A stretch of DNA of 20,000 bases from an uncultured Ignavibacteriales bacterium (GTDB lineage Bacteria; Zixibacteria; MSB-5A5; GN15; JAAZOE01). The stretch's first letter is position 1. Every line of letters starts with the position of its first letter. The stretch covers positions 49,731-69,730 of the forward strand of contig CAZSYD010000009.1 of assembly GCA_964611355.1 (NCBI GenBank), in the 5' to 3' direction. The notes under the pieces were generated by a model. The model did no database searches. It had not been told where the DNA came from and saw only the letters and a program-made list of their open reading frames with translations. A program made the translations under genes and the position numbers. Shown here piece after piece: positions 1 to 7,941 of this stretch.

Positions 1-3000
1 GGTAATCAAATTGAAGGAGCGCAACTGAATTGGGGTCTTCATCCGGAGTTGGATCAGATCGGAATAATGTACGGTTCCTTTCTTCAAACGACGACATCGG
101 GCATCGGCCGGGTGCGAGTTGAATACGGCGATCTGGCGGCCAGTTCCGGCCTGATTACGGTTACGCACGGAGAAGCTCAGGCTATATCTATCATATCCGA
201 ACCTGATTCGGTTACGGCCGGGCAGGGGTTGAATATAGATATCGAGATTGAAATTCTCGATTCGTATGATAATTTGGTGGAAGATTACCAGGGAGCGGTC
301 TGGTTCAGTTCCGATGACCCGCAGGCGGAGATAGAGTATGATGAAGAAAATCCTTATCAGTTTACTCCGGAGGATCGGGGGCGAAAGGTCTTTTCTGGTG
401 AGCAGTTTGTTTTCAAGACCGCGGGTCAGAGAATCCTAACGGTTACCGACAACGAAATAACCAATACCAAGGATAATATCTATGTTTTTTCAGCCGGATT
501 GAGTCAGGCTGAAATATCTTATCCGAAAACCATAAAGGCGGGAAAGCCGTTCGATTTAACCGTAAGCAACGCCGGTGACAGCTACGGCAATCCGTTTACC
601 GGCCGCATTTATGTCGAGGGCGGCATTATTTCTCCTGATGGTACTGCTCCGATTGTTCCCGATATCGAAGTTATTGAAGGCCGGGGGAGCGTTCAGGTCT
701 GGCTGTTTGCCGCCAACGGCACCAATCGTCTGTTTTTGACCTCCGGCGATTTTTCAAGAGAAATCGGTGTCGATGTTCTTCCGGCGGATTTGGCGGTAAT
801 AACCCTTGATGTAGAAGAAACTCAATTCGTCGATTATCCTTTTCTTGGCAGCTCTTACCTGCGAGTTTATGATCGATATCAAAACCAGAAGACCGACATT
901 TCCACCACTGATATAGAATTTCAACTTTCGGTTGATATGGGGGCTGTAAGCCCGGCCATTATTATGGCTGATCAGTTCCCTTCCGGTGAGGCGGCGTTGA
1001 TTGTTCCTGAAATGATCTATACCGGCGACCCGGGTACAATAACAATCACTGTTTCGGCCTCAGATAATGAAGCGCCTGTTGAAACCTCAGTTGCCTTTTA
1101 CGCCAATGGTGTCTATGCGGAAATCGACGACGGGCATCAGGTAGCGACGCTGATTCCTCAGAATTGGGAGGTGCGCGTTTACGGCGACATCAGGAACCCG
1201 AGCGATCTTACGCCCGTTGAAGTGCAATATCGTTCCGGGTTTTTGGTGAACGGTGAATTGGTACCGAGCGAAACGCTTGAACTTCATTGTATTCCTCTGC
1301 CTTTTAATGGAAAGACGTGTCGCTTGTCGGTGGCCCGTACTGCCGATATCGACCCGGGCGATTACGAGTATATTACCATGTTCCTGGCTACTTATGAGTA
1401 TGAAGATGATACGATTGTCACGGTTTGGTCTGTATCCGAAGATGTTGAAGTTGTTCCTTTCACCGACTTTACCGTAGAGCCGGTGCAGCTTCCGGATGTT
1501 GGATTTCCTGCCGAATATATCGTCCCGACATCTTTTGTAGTGAACAACCAGAACTCCCTTGATGCTACCGCTCATCTTGGTGCTCAACTATTTATCTTTA
1601 ATGATGATTATGAACTCTATCTGGGCAACAATTACATTGATTTCAATTGGGAACCGCAAATCGGGTTTGATATCGATGGCCAATTCTCCAATAAAATACC
1701 GATCGGCATTTATACATACAAGCTCAGGCTATTTTTAGATATTCGTCGTGAATCAAGTCGTTATTTAAGATATACTAAGGATGTCCCACTGGAGCAGACT
1801 ATTGAAATATCTTCACGGGCTGAATATGCGGTCGATATTGAATCTATATCGCCCGCTTCGGCTTCAGCCGGTGCCGATGTTTCCTTCAACTTTGACCTCA
1901 ACCTGATCGGTTCTTTTCCGGTTGTTATCGACGGAGAAAATAGTAAACTCAGCATAACAGACGGCTCGACTACCGGCTCAGCAAGATTGGAGCAGGATCA
2001 ATACGAATTGGTTCCCGGCGGCAACAGTCTGACATCAGGGCCGATATTTATACCTCCAAGCTGGAAAGGGAAGGAATTAACCGCCTATCTTCATCTGGTG
2101 GGTCGGGAAGCGGGTATTCTAAATGTTGATACTGAACTTGAATTCGCATTTCCGCTGACGATTGAAGAAGTGCCTGGCCTGCAGGTGCTTTCGCTTGAAG
2201 TCGAAGCCCCCAATGCGCCGTTTATTAACACCGGGCAACGGTTTGCGCTGGTGGCAAAAATCGTTAACCGTTCCTCCATGAACATAAATGAACAGATATA
2301 TGTCCGTTTCACCTCGGACGGTCAGTCTATACTGCCGGATCAACCGATTGTCGCTATTATACCGAATATAATCGCTCATGACACGATAACCCTGACGCCG
2401 ACGGTTTTTGCCGATTCGATGCCGAATCCGGCCGAACAATTTTCCGTTGAAATTGAGCGGCCTTCCGGTGTTGAGGTTTTGCCGCCCATAGATGATAAAA
2501 CGTTGATTATTATTCAGGAACCGGCCAGTGTCGATATTTCACCGGTAGTCGTCGATATTCCGGGAACGGTTCCGATAATCGATTTCTCCGAGCGGTTTAA
2601 GGTAAAGGCTTCGTTCGATAATTTTCATTTATTGCAGGTTGAGGGCGGATCGCTGGCGCTTGATTATTCCGGCCCGGGTGATTTCGGCGTTACTTTCCCG
2701 ATGGTCAAACCTTTTGATTCGATAATAATCTGGGAATTGACGGCTCCTGCTGCTGATGTGATTTCCAACCTTGTCCTCGTCTGGAAGGAAGCGCCTGTTG
2801 ATCTCAATACCGGCGAGCCGGCTAAAATCAGCGAAGAGCCGATTTTGATTCCTTTTATCGTCCGTGAGTCGGTAACCCGGCTGGTTGCGCGAGCCGAGGC
2901 GTCTCTGGAGACTCGTCCGTTGCAGCGCGGCGTTTCCGGCAGGTTGTTCGACCTGTCATTGGGGAACGCCACCAATGACAACCGCAGCACGCTGAAACTG

Positions 3001-3672
3001 AATTCAATCCTCATAGAGTTAACCGACCGGGATAATAATAAGATCGACGCCCGCTCGGTCGTGGACACCGACGGCTTTGATTTCTATGTAAACGGTCAAC
3101 CGGCCGGTCAGGCTCGTTTTGTCAATGACAACCTGGGATACAAGTTCTCCGAGGCGATTATATATCCCGGACAGGAACTTGTTCTCGAAATGAGGCTGAC
3201 TCCCAAGGCAGGAACGCCGTTTGATTATTTCAATATGTTTCTGAACGGCAGTCTGATTTCGGCGGAGATTATCGAAGGTCCTCGAACCGGTCAGAGTGTT
3301 CCGGTTAATAGTGTCGGCGATCAGGCGTTTGAGGTCAGCCTGCGTAAAGCGATAATCGCTGAAGATTTGGGCGAATCTTTCAAGAATTATCCCAACCCGT
3401 TTGATCCGACCCGGACTGCAACCGAGTTCAGATATTTCCTGGAAACTGATTCTGATGTTGATATATATATTTTCACCGCCACCGGCGAGGAAGTCCGACG
3501 CTTGCATTTAGATATCGGAGGCAACGGCGGCGCAGCGGGAACGAATGATCAAATCTATTGGGATGGCCGTAACGGGGAGGGCGATGTTGTCCTCAACGGC
3601 ATCTACATTGCGCTTATAGAAGTCGCCTCGACCGGTCAGAAGGCAAAGCTGAAAATAGCGGTGGTAAAATGA
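1..3672 (+). CDS. Large acidic multi-Ig-like-domain secreted/surface protein with C-terminal FlgD-Ig / T9SS type A-like sorting domain (5'-partial)
   Basis: Frame 1 is open from base 1 (GGT AAT CAA...), so the true start lies upstream of the window. Beta-strand-rich D/E/T/V/P repeats with recurrent D-x-Y-x-N motifs (DSYDN, DSYGN, DRYQN). C-terminus NYPNPFDP...DIYIFTATGEEVRRL...WDGRNGEG..VLNGIYIA...KLKIAVVK* from about 3385. Confidence 0.85.
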   Translation, partial: GNQIEGAQLNWGLHPELDQIGIMYGSFLQTTTSGIGRVRVEYGDLAASSGLITVTHGEAQAISIISEPDSVTAGQGLNIDIEIEILDSYDNLVEDYQGAVWFSSDDPQAEIEYDEENPYQFTPEDRGRKVFSGEQFVFKTAGQRILTVTDNEITNTKDNIYVFSAGLSQAEISYPKTIKAGKPFDLTVSNAGDSYGNPFTGRIYVEGGIISPDGTAPIVPDIEVIEGRGSVQVWLFAANGTNRLFLTSGDFSREIGVDVLPADLAVITLDVEETQFVDYPFLGSSYLRVYDRYQNQKTDISTTDIEFQLSVDMGAVSPAIIMADQFPSGEAALIVPEMIYTGDPGTITITVSASDNEAPVETSVAFYANGVYAEIDDGHQVATLIPQNWEVRVYGDIRNPSDLTPVEVQYRSGFLVNGELVPSETLELHCIPLPFNGKTCRLSVARTADIDPGDYEYITMFLATYEYEDDTIVTVWSVSEDVEVVPFTDFTVEPVQLPDVGFPAEYIVPTSFVVNNQNSLDATAHLGAQLFIFNDDYELYLGNNYIDFNWEPQIGFDIDGQFSNKIPIGIYTYKLRLFLDIRRESSRYLRYTKDVPLEQTIEISSRAEYAVDIESISPASASAGADVSFNFDLNLIGSFPVVIDGENSKLSITDGSTTGSARLEQDQYELVPGGNSLTSGPIFIPPSWKGKELTAYLHLVGREAGILNVDTELEFAFPLTIEEVPGLQVLSLEVEAPNAPFINTGQRFALVAKIVNRSSMNINEQIYVRFTSDGQSILPDQPIVAIIPNIIAHDTITLTPTVFADSMPNPAEQFSVEIERPSGVEVLPPIDDKTLIIIQEPASVDISPVVVDIPGTVPIIDFSERFKVKASFDNFHLLQVEGGSLALDYSGPGDFGVTFPMVKPFDSIIIWELTAPAADVISNLVLVWKEAPVDLNTGEPAKISEEPILIPFIVRESVTRLVARAEASLETRPLQRGVSGRLFDLSLGNATNDNRSTLKLNSILIELTDRDNNKIDARSVVDTDGFDFYVNGQPAGQARFVNDNLGYKFSEAIIYPGQELVLEMRLTPKAGTPFDYFNMFLNGSLISAEIIEGPRTGQSVPVNSVGDQAFEVSLRKAIIAEDLGESFKNYPNPFDPTRTATEFRYFLETDSDVDIYIFTATGEEVRRLHLDIGGNGGAAGTNDQIYWDGRNGEGDVVLNGIYIALIEVASTGQKAKLKIAVVK

Positions 3673-5489
3673 TGCGGCGTCCGGCGGTCATATTGGTTAT
3701 TCTGCTGACGCTCGGCCATGTCGTCGCGGTCGCCTCCGAAGACGGCGGTACCGAGTCGGTCTTTAATCTCGGAGCCGGCGCACGGGCCATGGGGATGGGC
3801 AACGGTTTTGTCGCCCTGGCCGACGACGCCACCGCAGTTTATTACAATCCGGCGATGATGCCGTATCTGCCATCGCAGCAGATATCGCTTCTGCACACCA
3901 TCCTGTTTGAAGGAACGACTTACGATTACGTTTCATACGTATATCCGGGTAACAACCTTGGCGGTTTCGGCGTGGCCGGTATGCGCCTGGGCACCGATGA
4001 TATCGGGCGGCGCGACGAGGTAACCGACCTGGGCAAATTCAGCGCGTCGCAGGTGCAGATGCTTCTCGCTTATGGCCGGAGCTTTGGCGGCCGTCTGTCA
4101 GCCGGCGCCTCTTTGAAACTTGCGCATCAGTCGATAGACGGCTATTCCGCCTACGGCTATGGTCTTGATCTTGGCGGGCAACTGCGGCTGAATGAAAATC
4201 TGCGCGCTGGAATTCTCTTGCAGGATGTAATCGGCCCGCGTCTGGAGCTGGGCAGCGCCGATGAGCGCACGCCCTTTAATATAAGGACCGGTGTTGCCTG
4301 TCTTGTTAAACCTGATAACAGGCCGCTTTCCGCCGCGGTGACTTTTGATCTGGATAAGCCTGAGAAACGCTCTTTCAAGGTTCGCACCGGTTTTGAATTG
4401 ATTCACAGCAGCGGCCTGATTCTGCGAAGCGGTTATGATCGGGATAATTTCACGCTTGGTCTGGGGATACGCTATCAGGACCTGACTTTTGATTATGCTT
4501 ATAAGTTCATCGATCGCCTTTCCGACAGTCATCGTTTTTCACTGACCTTTAATTTTGGCGCCACTCAGGAGGAAAAAGCTGCCCGTCGGGCCAATGCTGA
4601 GCGTGCCAACGGCCGGAGAATGCTTAATGAAAACCACAAGGCATCGCTGACTGCCGAATTGGAAAAAGCTGAAAAATATTACGCCGAAGGACAGCTTGAC
4701 CTGGCACTCGCGGCTTATTATCGCGCCGATGCCTTTGCCGAGGATAAAACCGTCATCCGGTCAAGAATCAAAGTCGTCAAACAGATGATAGAGGCCGACC
4801 GTATCAGAGGACCGGTAATCATTGTTACTGACAGCGGCGCCGTCGGCGCGATGTCCGATCTTGAAAGCCAGGCGGGTGCGCTGTTCGAACGGGGGGCGCT
4901 GGTGGCGGCGCGCGATATGGCTTCTCTGGCAAGGCGGTATCAGGGAGCCACTCCCGATCTTGAAATCCTCGAGAAAGCCATCGACGCCGCTATCGCCAGG
5001 GAAATCAGCACCAACCTTATCAAGGCGGAAAACGCCTTCAATCAGGGTGATTATGTCGCCGCCTATGACTCGTATAATACCGTACTGATGTATGAACCGA
5101 ATAACAAGCGGGCCAGGGGCGGTTCTCGCTCATCGGAGAAACTGTTAAATCTGGCGCAGCATCTCAACCTTGCTCTGAATTATTTTAATAAAGGCAAGTA
5201 TATTTCATCCCAGCGTGAATTCAGCGCCGTATTGGAGCTTGATCCCGGCAACAGCACCGCCGTAGAATACTTGGCTCGAATAGGGAAGATGATCAAGAAA
5301 TCGACCACGCTGGAAGACCTGCAGAGAGATAGTCGTATCTGGCAGATTTATCTCAACGGGCTGGAAGCCTTCCGCAAGGGCGATTACGAAAAGTCGATTG
5401 AATACTGGGAAGACGTTCTCGAAGTCTATCCCAATAACCGGAATACCATTGAGAATATAGAGCAGGCAAAACTGCGCCTGAATAGATAA
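3669..5489 (+). CDS. PorV/PorQ (UPF0164/TodX-like) outer-membrane beta-barrel protein fused to C-terminal TPR repeats
   Basis: Signal peptide MMRRPAVILVILLTLGHVVAVA. Family N-terminal motif GAGARAMGMGNGFVALADDATAVYYNPA. Alternating amphipathic strands ending FDYAY...HRFSLTFNF at about 4557. Then helical TPR units (AENAFNQGDYVAAYDSYNTVLMYEPNN; ALNYFNKGKYISSQREFSAVLELDPGN; GLEAFRKGDYEKSIEYWEDVLEVYPNN). ATGA overlap with the upstream stop. Confidence 0.85.
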   Translation: MMRRPAVILVILLTLGHVVAVASEDGGTESVFNLGAGARAMGMGNGFVALADDATAVYYNPAMMPYLPSQQISLLHTILFEGTTYDYVSYVYPGNNLGGFGVAGMRLGTDDIGRRDEVTDLGKFSASQVQMLLAYGRSFGGRLSAGASLKLAHQSIDGYSAYGYGLDLGGQLRLNENLRAGILLQDVIGPRLELGSADERTPFNIRTGVACLVKPDNRPLSAAVTFDLDKPEKRSFKVRTGFELIHSSGLILRSGYDRDNFTLGLGIRYQDLTFDYAYKFIDRLSDSHRFSLTFNFGATQEEKAARRANAERANGRRMLNENHKASLTAELEKAEKYYAEGQLDLALAAYYRADAFAEDKTVIRSRIKVVKQMIEADRIRGPVIIVTDSGAVGAMSDLESQAGALFERGALVAARDMASLARRYQGATPDLEILEKAIDAAIAREISTNLIKAENAFNQGDYVAAYDSYNTVLMYEPNNKRARGGSRSSEKLLNLAQHLNLALNYFNKGKYISSQREFSAVLELDPGNSTAVEYLARIGKMIKKSTTLEDLQRDSRIWQIYLNGLEAFRKGDYEKSIEYWEDVLEVYPNNRNTIENIEQAKLRLNR

Positions 5490-5514
5490 GCCTCGACCGA
5501 TACTGCGTTTTAAC

Positions 5515-5554
5515 TTGAATTTTGGGTTCAAATCTGATATCGTTTTGCCGATAA
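5515..5554 (+). promoter_or_regulatory. Overlapping sigma70-like and sigma28/FliA-like promoter motifs
   Basis: TTGAAT(5515-5520)-17bp-TATCGT(5538-5543), and TCAA(5528-5531)-15bp-GCCGATAA(5547-5554), the latter an exact sigma28 -10 consensus. A TTGAA-N7-TTCAA inverted repeat spans both -35 boxes. Confidence 0.5.
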
Positions 5555-5615
5555 TCTAAGTCTGACGAAAAAGCTACTGCTTTGCCACCTGAGATTTTGT
5601 TAAGTTGGATAACGT

Positions 5616-7676
5616 ATGCTTCGCAAGCCGATAAGAGAAACGGTGGCCGCTTTTCCCGCCCGGGAAAGCCAGCTGGCCGGTATCCGAAAAACTGTCGAGG
5701 AGGTATGCCGGGAGGCCAATCTTTCTTCCAGGGAGATAAACAACATCATCCTTGCGATTGAAGAAGGGGCGACCAACATTATTCGTCATGCCTATGTATT
5801 AGGCGAAGGCGAAATTAGACTGAGGGTGGCTGTTTTCAGGCACCATATTATCTTTTCCCTTTTTGACAACGGCAAATCTTTCCAGCCGCCCGATAAATCC
5901 CGGCTCGATTTGAAAAAGATGGTCGCCACCGGCCGCAAGGGCGGCCTTGGATTTTACCTGATTAATAAGGTCATGGATCGGGTGGAGTATTTCTCACTCG
6001 AAGGAGAAAACGAACTTCGCCTGACCAAATTTCTCTCTGAAAAGGGCGAAAAGGAGTTGCAATGGAGCGGCGGCGTTTCGCTGCGCATGAAGTTTTCCGC
6101 CTGGACGCTTCTGATAATCCTGATAATCGTGGCCGGAGCGTACTACTATATCAATTCTCGTTCTACGCGCTATATTCAGGCACGGCTGGATAAAACGGTC
6201 GATGCTTTATGCAATACGATTGCCGCGCAGGCCTATGGGTATATTATTAACCAACGTTCCGACGTCGAGTTTGATGAACTGGTTGTTTCTTACGAGCGCG
6301 CTAATGACGTCCTTACCTCTGTTGTGATTATAAATAAAAGGGACGAAATCCTGGCAGATTCCCGGGGGCCGAGTCGATTGCATACGATGTACGATTCCGA
6401 CAAACTGCGGATGATTCACCAATCCGGCTCGGCGGTAGTCTTTACGCCCGAAGGAGCCAATCCGGTGATTGTCCGCAAGGTCAATCACGGCGGGGAATAC
6501 CTGGGTTCCGTGATAATGAATTATTCATCCGAAGTCATGGAGACGGAACTCCGGCAGACGCGACGGGTTATTCTTATAATCACCGCGGTTGGTCTTCTCA
6601 TCGGTATTACCGGGATATATCTTCTTTCCAACTATTTCGTGCGGCCGATTGGACGAATCGTAAGCCGGGTCCGGAAATTCTCGGCGGGCGATCTTGACAG
6701 CCAGTTGCCTCTTACCGGCGCCGGGGAGTTTTATGAAATTTCAAAGGCGCTTAATGAGTTGATAATGCGTATCCGACGGGACAGCAAAAATATCGTTGAA
6801 CGGGAAATCCTGCACAAGGAAATGCAGATGGCCGAGGAGATTCAAAAGGCGCTTATTCCGAGTCGCCATCCGACCGTTCCCGGATTCGATATTGGTACGA
6901 TATATAAGGCGGCCCGAATGGTCGGCGGCGACCTGTTTGATTTTGTCTGGATTGATGAGGTTACTTTCGGAGTGGTTGTGGCTGATGTTTCCGGCAAAGG
7001 TGTCCCCGGGTCGCTGGTAATGTCGATGGTCAGAACCGCTCTGAAACTGGAAGCCCGCGGCAACCGCTCGGCCCGAGATATCCTTATCAGGGTGAATGAT
7101 TTTATCGCCGATCATACAAAGCGGGGCATGTTTGTAACAATCCTGCTGGCCGTGATCGATACACGTACGGGAAAGATAAATTTCGCTTCGGCCGGTCACA
7201 ATCCGATTATACATTATATTACCAGTCGGAAGGAGGCCAGGTTCCTCAACACCCGCGGGGTTCCGGTTGGTATCAAGACCAAACGTGACGAATTCGCCGG
7301 CCTGCTGGAGTCGGCCAATATCACTCTGGCCGAGAACGACTTCCTGCTTATCTATACCGACGGCGTGACCGAAGGCCGGGGACGCAGCCGGAAAGCCTAC
7401 GGTACTGATCGAATTATCGACATCATGAATGATAATGGAAATCTGTTAGCCAGGGAACTGGCCGGAGTTATTGAAGCTGATATTGCGCGTTTTATCGGTG
7501 GAGAAGATCAACATGACGATATCACCATGGTTATCCTCAAAAACTGCCCGGCTGGTAAGGATGAGCCCGGAGACAATGGCAATAAATCGGAGACAGCCGA
7601 AACTGATTCGGATACCGGGCATCAACTTGATTCCATAACCGTCAGGTTCCATAAAAACTCACAATCAGGCGATTAG
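5616..7676 (+). CDS. Membrane-anchored fusion: RsbW-like HATPase anti-sigma kinase + TM/periplasmic sensor/TM + HAMP + SpoIIE/RsbU PP2C phosphatase
   Basis: N-box LAIEEGATNIIRH, DNGKSF and GGLGFYLI. Two hydrophobic segments (FSAWTLLIILIIVAGAYYYI; VILIITAVGLLIGITGIYLL). HAMP-like RPIGRIV...GDL...GEFYEISKALNEL. PP2C motifs VGGDLFD, ADVSGKG, SAGHNP, YTDGVTE, HDDIT. Confidence 0.9.
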   Translation: MLRKPIRETVAAFPARESQLAGIRKTVEEVCREANLSSREINNIILAIEEGATNIIRHAYVLGEGEIRLRVAVFRHHIIFSLFDNGKSFQPPDKSRLDLKKMVATGRKGGLGFYLINKVMDRVEYFSLEGENELRLTKFLSEKGEKELQWSGGVSLRMKFSAWTLLIILIIVAGAYYYINSRSTRYIQARLDKTVDALCNTIAAQAYGYIINQRSDVEFDELVVSYERANDVLTSVVIINKRDEILADSRGPSRLHTMYDSDKLRMIHQSGSAVVFTPEGANPVIVRKVNHGGEYLGSVIMNYSSEVMETELRQTRRVILIITAVGLLIGITGIYLLSNYFVRPIGRIVSRVRKFSAGDLDSQLPLTGAGEFYEISKALNELIMRIRRDSKNIVEREILHKEMQMAEEIQKALIPSRHPTVPGFDIGTIYKAARMVGGDLFDFVWIDEVTFGVVVADVSGKGVPGSLVMSMVRTALKLEARGNRSARDILIRVNDFIADHTKRGMFVTILLAVIDTRTGKINFASAGHNPIIHYITSRKEARFLNTRGVPVGIKTKRDEFAGLLESANITLAENDFLLIYTDGVTEGRGRSRKAYGTDRIIDIMNDNGNLLARELAGVIEADIARFIGGEDQHDDITMVILKNCPAGKDEPGDNGNKSETAETDSDTGHQLDSITVRFHKNSQSGD

Positions 7677-7711
7677 TGCAGCGCTGCAGCTTTCCGGCAA
7701 AGGAGGCGCCT

Positions 7712-7738
7712 GGTCGCTCTTCGAGCGGCTTTGACTTA
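7712..7738 (+). terminator. Possible weak intrinsic terminator
   Basis: Hairpin GGTCGCTC-TTC-GAGCGGCT followed by TTGACTT, about 35 nt after the stop at 7676. Confidence 0.3.
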
Positions 7739-7846
7739 ATCCTGCAATAGCAACCATCATTGACCGCATGCGCCTAATATGTTTATATTCCGCAAGTTAT
7801 GCAGTATCCGGAATCGGCTTCCGGCCCGATACGGAAAATATTTATA

Positions 7847-7874
7847 TTGACAAATATGGATGGTTTATTATCCT
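7847..7874 (+). promoter_or_regulatory. Sigma70-like promoter for the diguanylate cyclase
   Basis: Perfect TTGACA (7847-7852), 16 bp spacer, TATCCT (7869-7874), with an AT-rich upstream tract. Confidence 0.5.
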
Positions 7875-7941
7875 GATTAAGGAGGGTATATCTATTATGA
7901 ATCCGGTTATAGCAGGTAGGTATCATCAATGAGGGTATCGG

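Noticed and set aside
7677..7740. 12-bp palindrome TGCAGCGCTGCA plus GGCAAA motif as a possible c-di-GMP-I riboswitch upstream of the DGC
   Set aside because: No GNRA-capped P2 stem or second GCAAA/receptor element is present. The palindrome has no loop and no second copy that I could see.
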